Assembly (NCBI GenBank): GCA_021798745.1
Contig: JAJZBW010000001.1
Span: 1,188-65,187 of the forward strand
DNA: 64,000 nt
Source: Actinomycetes bacterium
Lineage (GTDB): Bacteria; Actinomycetota; Acidimicrobiia; Acidimicrobiales; Bog-793
Reading direction: 5' to 3'
Of the stretch, positions 1 through 8,063 are shown in pieces. The translations under genes were made by a program, and so were the position numbers. The first letter of the stretch is position 1; every line of letters starts with the position of its first letter. The notes beneath the pieces are model-generated. The model had not been told where the DNA came from. It did no database searches and saw only the letters and a list, made by a program, of their open reading frames with translations.

Positions 1-181
1 AGCGCTTCTCGCGATCGAGGAGCTCGAGCTCGCACAGTCGCAGCAGGTAGGTGAGGTGATCCGCGTTGTCCGTGGCCGCCTGGGCGGCCACCTTTTCGGC
101 CTCTTGACCCATGGTCGGGAGGCGGAGCGCCTTCAGATGGTGCCGCAGCAGCAGCATCTGCTTGGTCTCGAGTGCGTTCAT
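1..181 (-). CDS. istB: IS21-family helper ATPase IstB, N-terminal part only (continues off the left edge)
   Basis: A minus-strand ATG at 181..179 lies 3 nt after the istA stop. It translates to MNALETKQMLLLRHHLKALRLPTMGQEAEKVAAQAATDNADHLTYLLRLCELELLDREKR, a typical IstB N-terminus. Confidence 0.8.
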   Translation of the reverse strand, partial: MNALETKQMLLLRHHLKALRLPTMGQEAEKVAAQAATDNADHLTYLLRLCELELLDREKR

Positions 182-184
182 TGG

Positions 185-1687
185 TCATGCGCCTTTCTCG
201 GTGAGGGCCGCGTACGCAGTGAGGTCGGGTGCTTCGATGGCGACGGAGCGGAGGTGCGGGTGGCCGTCCAGGCTGAACAGTCCGACGGGACGCTCGGCCC
301 GATGCGCGAGGACGAGCCCGATCGCGTCCGCTCCCGTTGCGCCGATCGAAAGCGCGACCTCGATGGCCGCGGTGAGCTCGGCGAGCGTCGCATGCTCCAT
401 GAAGCGGAGCACCTTGATGAACTCGCGCGTGCCGGACGACCCGAGATCGGCCTCGAGCCGCCGGCGCAACAGCGCGAAGCAGCTCGGCAGCTCCCATCCC
501 TCGAGGGGCCGGGCGAAGTCGAATGCACCGGGCTTTCGTTCGAGAAGCGCCAGGTAGTGGCGCGGGTCGTAGGTGATGTGCTCACGGCCCCACCATCGGG
601 GGTGGGTGGCGACGAGCTCTGGTCCGAGAGAGATCGCGACCTCCTCGATCCCGCCGGCGACCGTCACCTCGTGGTGCGCGTAGGCGGTCGGGACCGAGTA
701 GTCGTTCTGGTCGAAGCGGACGAGGCTGAGCGAGCTCGCCCTCCGGTGCTCGATCCGACGCGGCTCGAAGACGGCACCGGGCAGGGCGAGCATCGCGGCC
801 CGGTCGTCTTCCAGGCGCTCAGCCTTGGTCTGTGCGTTGCCGCGGGTCCTGCGTGAGAGGTCGGCGAGGCACCGCTCGGCGAGGTGGACGTTCAGCTCGG
901 AGAACGACGAGAAGGACGGGACCGGGACGAGGAAGTTCCTCCGTCCATACCCGACGAGGTTCTCGACGTGGCCCTTCTCGTTTCCTCGCGCCACCCGGCA
1001 GAAGCGGTGGGTGAACAGGTAGTGGCTTTCCAGGCGGAGGAACTCCCGCGTGAGGTTCCGCTCTCTTCCGACGATCTTCGACACCGCGATCGAGGTGTTG
1101 TCATACGCGGTCTTTCTGGGGACGCCGCCGCAAAAGGAGAACGCGGCGACATGGCCGGCCTGGAAGGTCTCGGTGCACTCTCTCGGATAGGCCGAGACCG
1201 AGAACGCGTCGGAGTGCGGAAGCGTCATCACCGCGAGCGCGGCCTTCACCCGGTCACCTCCGATCTCGACGGTCGCCTCGCCGAAGTCGAACTGGGCCTC
1301 GCCGGGCGGCTGTGAGAGCGGGACGAAGACTTCGGCACTGTGGCGCCGGTACTCGGCGACGTAACGACGGACCGTCACCTCGCTGCCCACATAGCCGTGC
1401 TCGTCGCGCAGCCGGTCGAAGATCCGCCGAGCGGTGTGGCGCTGCTTCCTTGGTGTCGTGGGATCGGCGTCGCCGATGAGGATCTCGTCGATGTTCGCGA
1501 TGAACGGGCCGAGCTTGGGCTGGGTCTGGTGGGATCGGGCCGAATAGCCCGGCGGCTCGGGGTGGGCAAGCATCTTCTCGAGCGTCCACCAGCCGACGCC
1601 GTAATCCCTACAGATCGCCCGCTTCGAGACGCCCTCGACGAGCACCTTTCGCCGGATCTCGTTCCACTGCTCCATGTCGGTATGCAC
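185..1687 (-). CDS. istA: IS21-family transposase IstA
   Basis: This is a 500-aa ORF. It has an N-terminal HTH (VSKRAICRDYGVGWWTLEKML), a DDE-type core and the canonical istA-istB gene order. Confidence 0.9.
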   Translation of the reverse strand: MHTDMEQWNEIRRKVLVEGVSKRAICRDYGVGWWTLEKMLAHPEPPGYSARSHQTQPKLGPFIANIDEILIGDADPTTPRKQRHTARRIFDRLRDEHGYVGSEVTVRRYVAEYRRHSAEVFVPLSQPPGEAQFDFGEATVEIGGDRVKAALAVMTLPHSDAFSVSAYPRECTETFQAGHVAAFSFCGGVPRKTAYDNTSIAVSKIVGRERNLTREFLRLESHYLFTHRFCRVARGNEKGHVENLVGYGRRNFLVPVPSFSSFSELNVHLAERCLADLSRRTRGNAQTKAERLEDDRAAMLALPGAVFEPRRIEHRRASSLSLVRFDQNDYSVPTAYAHHEVTVAGGIEEVAISLGPELVATHPRWWGREHITYDPRHYLALLERKPGAFDFARPLEGWELPSCFALLRRRLEADLGSSGTREFIKVLRFMEHATLAELTAAIEVALSIGATGADAIGLVLAHRAERPVGLFSLDGHPHLRSVAIEAPDLTAYAALTEKGA

Positions 1688-1759
1688 CCTTCTCCCGTCC
1701 TGTTCGCTGGTCCTTCGAGGGAGCCTCGGGGATCGGTGAGGAACAGACGGGGATGGTCA

Positions 1760-1815
1760 GGTGCTGCCGTTTTCGATGATCACAAACCGGTCACGGGTGC
1801 TGCCGTTTTCGATGA
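1760..1815. repeat. Two perfect 20-nt direct repeats, GGTGCTGCCGTTTTCGATGA, with a 36-nt period; a degenerate third copy lies at about 1829-1839
   Basis: Read directly from the sequence (1760-1779 and 1796-1815). The position upstream of istA fits the multiple transposase-binding repeats known at IS21-family ends. Confidence 0.7.
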
Positions 1816-1964
1816 GCGTTTACAGAAGCTTCTCGATGACCGAGCCCGGCTCCGGGGATACGTCGGTCGAAGATCCCTCAGGCGTCATCAGACGCCCTCA
1901 ACCTCGGGCTGTCGTCGGACGTGCGGCCGTGAGCCGTCGGCAAACCCAACGCTGACGCTTGAAG

Positions 1965-2567
1965 TCATCCTCCTGACCTGCCGCTGTCGGGGAGTCCCGC
2001 GGGGATGAGTTGCTGGCAGATCTGCTGGGCGTGCATGAACTTCGCCGACTGGGTGTCAATGCTGGAGGGGACGTCGAAGTGGACAGTTCCGCCGGAGAAG
2101 GTGGGGTCAGGGAAGTTGGGGAAGCCGTGTGAGCGCAAGCAGGAAGCGGCCTTGAGGTAGTCCTGCTGGTCTTGGGCGGTGATCGTCTCGGCAGGCTGTC
2201 CACTCAGCCCGCCGGCGGGCATCAGGTTGTTGCAGGCATTCTGGGCCGCCTTCGCCTGCGAGCTGCTTACCGCCTGGAGCGCGTTGATCAAAGCTTGCTT
2301 CGGGATCCCTCCGCTGCCATCGGGGTCGGGGAAGTTCGGGACGCCGTGGGAGCGCATGCAGGAGGCGTAGGCCAAGAGTCCCGTTCCTTGCGTCCCGTGG
2401 CTACTGCCACCGGTCGAGCCGGTGGCTGCGCCAGGCGTCGGCGACCCACCACCGCAGGCAGCAAAAGTGACGCCAACCGCGAGGATTCCGGCCGCCATCA
2501 ACGCGGCGCGGCCCACCCGGGTCCGTCGTATCGGCCTGGGGTGGGTGGGGGCATCCAGATCGCCCAT
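1965..2567 (-). CDS. Secreted lipoprotein with an internally duplicated C-x-RSHG-x-P-x-FPDP module, function unknown (copy 1)
   Basis: It has a signal peptide and lipobox (RRTRVGRAALMAAGILAVGVTFAAC). Two repeats (SCMRSHGVPNFPDP and SCLRSHGFPNFPDP) are each followed by a second Cys. The start at M55 of the ORF is uncertain; an alternative ATG lies at 2615. Confidence 0.75.
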   Translation of the reverse strand: MGDLDAPTHPRPIRRTRVGRAALMAAGILAVGVTFAACGGGSPTPGAATGSTGGSSHGTQGTGLLAYASCMRSHGVPNFPDPDGSGGIPKQALINALQAVSSSQAKAAQNACNNLMPAGGLSGQPAETITAQDQQDYLKAASCLRSHGFPNFPDPTFSGGTVHFDVPSSIDTQSAKFMHAQQICQQLIPAGLPDSGRSGG

Positions 2568-2713
2568 CGACGGATCGGCCGGATGGTCGTGGCGAGTGCG
2601 AATCAGGGGAAGCATGTCGGCCAGTGTGTGCGGCCGGGGCGGCGTGACATATCGGCCACCGGAGCGGTTTGTAGACCCCTCGTTGGAGGGACTGCGACTC
2701 CCTCTTTGGAGGG

Positions 2714-4264
2714 ATGTCGTGGCAGCCAACCGGAGGTAGCGTCCGAAGCGTGTTGGAGCAGGTCGGACGCAGACTGTGGGGCATCTTCCGTCGGTTGATC
2801 GCGTCCTATGTCCTGGTCACGGTCGTGGTCGTGGTGCTGGTCGAGGCCTTCGTGCTCGGCTACCAGGTGCCCCGAATGGTGAGCGACACCCAGCTACACA
2901 CCCAGGTCCAGGAAACCGCGGCAAGCTACTGGGGCCAGCTCGTCCAGCGTTACCCCAGCGGCGTGCCGACCGGGGCCCTGCTCGGCGAGACCGGTCAGCG
3001 CCCGGAACCGGGCACCGCCCAGACGGCACCCGACGCCAGCACGCTCATCGTCCCGGCTGTCGCCGGCACGGTCAACAGCGACAAGGCGTTGACCGCGGTC
3101 GTAGCAATCGGGCAAGACGGCACGATCGTCGCTTCGTCGGCCCCGTCTCGCTACCCGCCCGGGCAACCTGCGGCAAGGTATCTGCCCGGCGGCGCCTCGG
3201 CGGCGATCCACGCCGGGCTCCTCAAGGGCGTTGGCGGCGGCATCGGATCGACTCCCTACGGCAGCGTCGCATGGACGCTGTACGGAGGGCGGAACCCTGT
3301 CAAATCTTCAGCCAGCGGCCCGGGCGGGACCTACCTCTATGTCCAGGCCCCTCACTCGACCGGGCTCGTCAACCCGATCCGAGCCTGGGACGAATTGGGC
3401 CAAGTTTCCGGCAACAGCCTGCTGTCCACCATCCTCTACGTTCTGCTGCTCGTCATCGTCCCCGTCGGCGTGCTGTTCGGGGTGCTCGCCTCTCGCCGGG
3501 TGGTGCGCCGGGTCCGCCGCTTGGAGCGAGCAACGGTGGCGGTCGCCGATGGCGACTACACCGTCGCCCTGCCTACCTCCGGTCGGGACGAGGTGGGGCG
3601 GCTCGAAGCGAACGTCGCCACGATGGCCCACCAGCTCAACTCCGCCCTCGCTGCCGAGCGCGAACGCGTCACTAGCGAAGCGCGTGCTGCCGAGCGGTCC
3701 CGGATCGCCCGGGAGATCCACGACGCCATCTCCCAACACCTCTTCGGCCTGCGCATGATCGCCTCGGGGATGCGCCGGGCCGACCCGCAGAACGAGCAGG
3801 TCCAGGCCATCGAACGCATCACCGAGGAGGCACTGCGCGACATGCAGATGCTGCTGCTCGAACTACGCCCCGCCGGCCTCGACGGTGCCGGCCTCGGCCC
3901 TGCCTTGGAGCAGATCTGCGCGGCTTACCACGACCGCCTCGGCGTGACCGTCGACGCCGACCTCGCCGACATCACCCTCCCCGAACCGGTCGAGGACGCC
4001 CTGTTGCGTGTCACGCAGGAGGCATGCACCAACGCCATCCGCCACGGCAACGCCCACCGGCTCGCCGTGTCCATGACCCGCCAGAACGGGCAGGTCGAGC
4101 TGGCCGTACGCGACAACGGGACTGGCTTCGACCCAGCCGCCTTGCACACCGGCTCCGGGCTGCGACACATCCACGACCGGGTCACCGAGCTCGGCGGCAC
4201 GGTGGACATCGACAGCGCACCGGGAGCGGGCGCCGCGGTCACCGTGCGCGTGCCAGCACCATGA
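2714..4264 (+). CDS. Sensor histidine kinase, NarL/HisKA_3 type, with HAMP
   Basis: It has two TM segments and a HAMP-like linker (DEVGRLEANVATMAHQLN). The H-box is REIHDAISQHLFGL and a HATPase_c C-terminus is present (DNGTGF...GSGLRHI). Confidence 0.9.
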   Translation: MSWQPTGGSVRSVLEQVGRRLWGIFRRLIASYVLVTVVVVVLVEAFVLGYQVPRMVSDTQLHTQVQETAASYWGQLVQRYPSGVPTGALLGETGQRPEPGTAQTAPDASTLIVPAVAGTVNSDKALTAVVAIGQDGTIVASSAPSRYPPGQPAARYLPGGASAAIHAGLLKGVGGGIGSTPYGSVAWTLYGGRNPVKSSASGPGGTYLYVQAPHSTGLVNPIRAWDELGQVSGNSLLSTILYVLLLVIVPVGVLFGVLASRRVVRRVRRLERATVAVADGDYTVALPTSGRDEVGRLEANVATMAHQLNSALAAERERVTSEARAAERSRIAREIHDAISQHLFGLRMIASGMRRADPQNEQVQAIERITEEALRDMQMLLLELRPAGLDGAGLGPALEQICAAYHDRLGVTVDADLADITLPEPVEDALLRVTQEACTNAIRHGNAHRLAVSMTRQNGQVELAVRDNGTGFDPAALHTGSGLRHIHDRVTELGGTVDIDSAPGAGAAVTVRVPAP

Positions 4265-4926
4265 CGATCCGGGTCGTGATCGCCGACGACCACCGCGTCG
4301 TCCGTGACGGACTGCACTACCTGCTCAGCCAAGAATCCGACGTCGAGGTAGTCGGGGAAGCCGAGGACGGCACGCAAACGCTGCGCGTCGCGGCCGCAAC
4401 CAACCCCGACGTGCTGCTGCTCGACCTCTACATGCCCAAGCTCGACGGGCACGGGGTCCTCGCCGCGCTACGCGACGCGGCGCACCAGCCGGCGGTCGTG
4501 GTGCTCACCTCGGCCACCGACGACGAGCACCTCGTCCGTGCCGTCCAGGCCGGCGCGACGTCCTACCTGGTCAAGACCGCTGCCGCCGAGGACGTCGTCG
4601 CTGCCGTGCGCGGCGCCGCCACCGGCGAAGCGAATCTCAGCCCCGATCTGGTGACTCGGCTCACCCGCGCCCTCCGCCGCCCACCGCCACCAAACCCGCT
4701 CCAACCCCTCTCGGCGCGCGAACGCGAAGTCCTCGACCTCATCGCCAGCGGTCACAGCAACCGCCAAATCGCCCGTGAGCTCATCATCAGCGAGCAAACC
4801 GTCAAGACCCACGTCAGCAGTATCCTCGCCAAACTCGATCTCCAAGACCGCGTCCAGGCTGCGATCTTCGCCCTCCGACATCGAGCAGACGAGGTCCAGT
4901 ACCGACCGCCGCACTCGTCGAAGTAA
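4261..4926 (+). CDS. Response regulator, NarL/LuxR family
   Basis: It begins MTIRVVIADDHRVVRDGL. A REC domain and a LuxR HTH (LSAREREVLDLIASGHSNRQIARELIISEQTVKTHV) are present. An ATGA overlap joins it to the kinase stop. Confidence 0.92.
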   Translation: MTIRVVIADDHRVVRDGLHYLLSQESDVEVVGEAEDGTQTLRVAAATNPDVLLLDLYMPKLDGHGVLAALRDAAHQPAVVVLTSATDDEHLVRAVQAGATSYLVKTAAAEDVVAAVRGAATGEANLSPDLVTRLTRALRRPPPPNPLQPLSAREREVLDLIASGHSNRQIARELIISEQTVKTHVSSILAKLDLQDRVQAAIFALRHRADEVQYRPPHSSK

Positions 4927-5089
4927 AGCGCTTTGACCAAGGGGCGAGGAGACCTCCGATCCGCTACACGACCAGCCCCTTCATCCGTTCCCGCAGGTCA
5001 GGGAAGTTTGAATAGGAGATCGTCTTCTCCACTCCGAGGTCTTCACGTTTGGACCTCACCCATCTTCGCTCGTCGGCGTGACACCGCCC

Positions 5090-5114
5090 GAACGGCCCCC
5101 GCAGGGGGCCGTTC
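5090..5114 (+). terminator. GC-rich hairpin (GAACGGCCCCC-gca-GGGGGCCGTTC), a possible terminator downstream of the response regulator
   Basis: A perfect 11-bp inverted repeat was read from the sequence. It has no U-tract and lies about 165 nt after the stop at 4926. Confidence 0.4.
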
Positions 5115-5601
5115 GTCGCGTTCCGCCCCCTTTCGAGGCGCGTGGCGATCCGAGCCGGCCAGGACGCGCACGGGCCCGGCGGGCGACTGCGGCGGCGCGT
5201 GTGCGCCGGAAGCGGCGAGGTCCGCGAGAGTGCTCCGGCGTCGAGGCCGGGGTCGCGGCACCGGTGCTGTGCTTCGGCGGGGGTCCTCGGTCCCGCGTGC
5301 GACGAAAGCGTCGACGAGGCCGAAGTCCACGACGGCGCACGAGCAGGCGAGGAACGGGCCGAACGGTGTGACGCCCGTTCCGACCTTTGGGGGTGCCGTG
5401 TGCCCATCATCTGCGGAGGTCCGGCCCGGCGCGCATGGCATATCCGGAGGCACCCCTTGGCCTGCCAGACGACCGGAGGGACCGGATCGTGCCTCGGCGG
5501 CTGCGCGCGCGCCGGCCCCGACGCCTCTGCGACGGCCGCAGGATCTAGCCTGCGGCGTGGCGACCAGCGCTCTGTCCACGTCGTCCCCGAAGGGAGTGTT
5601 C

Positions 5602-5991
5602 ATGATCGGCGAGAAGGTGCAGCACTTCCAGAACAAGGGCACGGATCTCGGCGAGCTCGAAGGGAAGATCGAGAGCTACCTCACGTCCGAAGGCTTCTCC
5701 GTCCAGACCTCGTCGCCCAGCACGCAAGGCCTCGTCCTCCAGGCGAAGAAGGGCGGGTTTCTCCGGGGCGTGGTCGACGCGGATCGCGCGCTTTCTATCG
5801 TCATCTCGGGCAATCCGAGTGATTTCACGGTCCGCATCGGGATCGGCAAGTGGCTGCAGGACTTCGGCGTCGCGGTGCTCGAGACGTTGCTCCTGTCGGA
5901 TCTCTTCCTCGTCGTCGACGTCGCCGAGTCCGCGTGGAACATCGAGATCGAGGACAAGCTCGCCAAGAAGATCGAGTCCTTCATCGAGTAG
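5602..5991 (+). CDS. Hypothetical protein (129 aa)
   Basis: An ATG is preceded by GAAGGGAG. The composition looks protein-like (MIGEKVQHFQNKGTDLGELEGKIESYLTSEGF...), unlike the Arg/Pro-rich upstream part of the 352-aa ORF. I recognise no family. Confidence 0.6.
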   Translation: MIGEKVQHFQNKGTDLGELEGKIESYLTSEGFSVQTSSPSTQGLVLQAKKGGFLRGVVDADRALSIVISGNPSDFTVRIGIGKWLQDFGVAVLETLLLSDLFLVVDVAESAWNIEIEDKLAKKIESFIE

Positions 5992-6471
5992 GGGGCCGGT
6001 AGGTCCGAGCCTCTGCCGAGAGGTGCCCGGCGCCCCTCGCATCTCACCGCAGGCACGTCGGAAGCCGCCGGTCCCCGCGCCGGTCCCGCCCAGGAGCACG
6101 ACGGCCCCGGACGGTGTCGACCAACGCGGCACCCGCACGTCGTACCCGGCGGGCACGTTCGGCTGCGTGATGCGCTCGGAAGACGCTTCGGAGCCGGCAC
6201 TCCCGAAGGATCCTGGCCGGGAGGTCCCGGCCGTGGGCGGTCCGGATCCGCCTGGGCTCGACGGAGACCCGGGCTATCGGAGTCCAACGAGTCGCTGATG
6301 CACCTCGACAGTGCCTGCATCCGCTCGCCAGAGAGCGACTCGGGCAGCGTATGCGCCTCGAAGGCGCGGAGACAGTCCTCGGTCGACGCCTCGGACTTCG
6401 CGACGTCGGCTCCGACCGGGGAGAGCTGTTCCTCGACGACCGGGTGTTGCCGCGGAGCCGAGGGATCTTCC

Positions 6472-6951
6472 TCAGGGCTGCGGGTCGGTGAAGCGCTCTT
6501 CGGAGTCGGCGGCGGCGATCTCGCAGTGGAAGCGCTGATGGACCCAGTGCCGCTCGTCGAGCAGCGCCAACTCGGCCCGTCGACCGGACACCGGGCCGAG
6601 CCGGGTGTGCCGGGGCAAGGTGCCCACCAACGAGACGGGTCTGCCACCCCCGGACAGCTTGGTGCTGTTCACGACGTAGACGGCGTCGTGGGTGACCGCC
6701 ACGCAGCGGTGCTTGATCCAGGACATGGTGAGGCCGGTTGCATACGTGATCAGGAAGGAGGCGAAGTTGGGCGCGCTCGGGCCGATGAACGCGTGCCGGA
6801 TCTCGCTGCCCGGTGGCAGGGACGGCGCCGCTCTTGCCACGAAGTCAGGTCGTGGCGTCACGTCAGCCGCCCGTCCAAGCGCACGGGTCACCGTAGGTCG
6901 GACACGTCGACGCGCCGCGCCACACGCATGGCCGCCGGACAAGCCCATCAC
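6472..6951 (-). CDS. Hypothetical protein (up to 159 aa; start uncertain)
   Basis: The central and C-terminal sequence looks genuinely protein-like (FASFLITYATGLTMSWIKHRCVAVTHDAVYVVNSTKLSGGGRPVSLVGTLP). Local GC is lower. No family assigned. Confidence 0.5.
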   Translation of the reverse strand: MMGLSGGHACGAARRRVRPTVTRALGRAADVTPRPDFVARAAPSLPPGSEIRHAFIGPSAPNFASFLITYATGLTMSWIKHRCVAVTHDAVYVVNSTKLSGGGRPVSLVGTLPRHTRLGPVSGRRAELALLDERHWVHQRFHCEIAAADSEERFTDPQP

Positions 6952-7118
6952 GCGCCCGTCGTCACGTGGGGCACCCTCGGTGCGACAGCGACGACTCGTC
7001 GAAGACGTGCTCGTAGACGCCCTCCAACTCGGTCGTGCCGACGAGCTCGGCGAGCCGGTGGATCGCCGCGGGCGCGAGCCGACGACGAGCGGGGCGAGGT
7101 CCCGTCTCGCGCTCCCTG

Positions 7119-7551
7119 ATGAGCCGAGCGCACCACGAAGCGAAGATCGCCATCGAGGACCTTCGCGGTACCGTGCGCGGCATCCGTCCCTCCGTGCTCG
7201 ACGGGCGGGGAGTCGACGCCTCCCTGTCCGCCCTCGCGGGTAGCTGCCCGATCCCGGTGAGCCTGCGCCTTGACCCCACCGAGAGACCCGGTCCCATCCG
7301 CGAATCCACCGCGTGCTACGTCGTCGCCGAGTCCGTTCCCGACGCCCACAAGCGTGCCGCGGCCAGCAACGTCGCCGGCGAGGTGCGACTGGACGAAGGC
7401 CGGCTCGTCGTCCTGGTCGAAGACGACGGGAACGGCGGCGCGCAGCTCGAAGCTGGAGGCGGACTGCCCGGAATCGCCGCCCGCGTCCAGTCCATGGACG
7501 GCGCCTTTGCCGTCTGGGGCCCGTCCGGAGGACCTACGCGGATCGAGACGT
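7119..7551 (+). pseudogene. Relic of a HisKA_3-type histidine kinase (C-terminal catalytic part only, degenerate N-box)
   Basis: The frame reads ...AIEDLRGTVRGIRPSVLDGRGVDASLSALA...YVVAESVPDAHKRA...VLVEDDGNGG...GLPGIAARVQSMDGAFAVWGPSGGPTRIE. This matches the post-H-box through HATPase_c layout. No sensor, TM or H-box lies upstream, and there is no partner regulator. Confidence 0.5.
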
Positions 7552-8063
7552 ACGGGCCCGACGAGGAACGCTGTGTACCCGAGCTGCTCGCCGATAGCAC
7601 CGAGAAGGTCGGCTGCCTCCCCAAGCACCGAATCTCCGACGTTGCCGACTTCACCGAAGCAGCTCACCGTCTTCGATCCGCTCGCCTCCCGGGCGCGACG
7701 ACTCGCCGCCTGCACCGGGGCCGACGGTCTCGCCGAGGTCCGGCGGCTCGACCGGGCGACCTGACGGCTGTCGCCGTTGCACCTGCGAGCCCGGCCGACA
7801 ATGTCCACCGGTCGCCGCGTGGGGCTGCTCGTGGTCCGCATCTACCTCGTGGCGTCCGCGCTCCTCGCGGAGGTCGAGGTCGTCAGCGCCTTCGTGCACC
7901 GAGCCCGGGGGTCTCCTGCTCTGCGTCGGCTGTCCCGAAGCGTCGTAGATGGCGGGCAACGGTGGCCACCGGCTCGTGCGGACGGCAGAGAGGAGTGACG
8001 GCGGCGCGCGGCGGAGCGCGTCCTGCCGGGAGACGGGCGTCGCGCTCGGTGTCGTGCGGAGCC

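Larger units (their letters stand above)
1..1860 (-). mobile_element. IS21-family insertion sequence, partial (left part outside the window); the right boundary is approximate
   Basis: It carries istA and istB plus subterminal tandem repeats upstream of istA. The exact terminal inverted repeat was not identifiable without the other end. Confidence 0.75.

Noticed and set aside
1881-1896. A small hairpin GGCGTC-atca-GACGCC downstream of the lipoprotein gene, considered as a terminator.
   Set aside because: It has only a 6-bp stem and no flanking U-tract, so it is too weak to call. It may equally lie within the IS21 terminal region.
4933-5601. The upstream 223 codons of the 352-aa ORF 4933..5991.
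   Set aside because: This part is Arg/Pro/Ala-rich with no protein-like features. A good RBS and ATG at 5602 begin the only plausible part, so I called only 5602..5991.
5676-6647. The 323-aa minus-strand ORF, including an acidic and seemingly protein-like stretch (HPVVEEQLSPVGADVAKSEASTEDCLRAFEAHTLPESLSGERMQALSRCISDSLDSD, about 6290-6470).
   Set aside because: The frame runs antisense through the better-supported gene 5602..5991 and turns into Pro/Arg-rich junk. No start/RBS context or family match is present. A small real ORF or a decayed fragment at 6290-6470 cannot be excluded.
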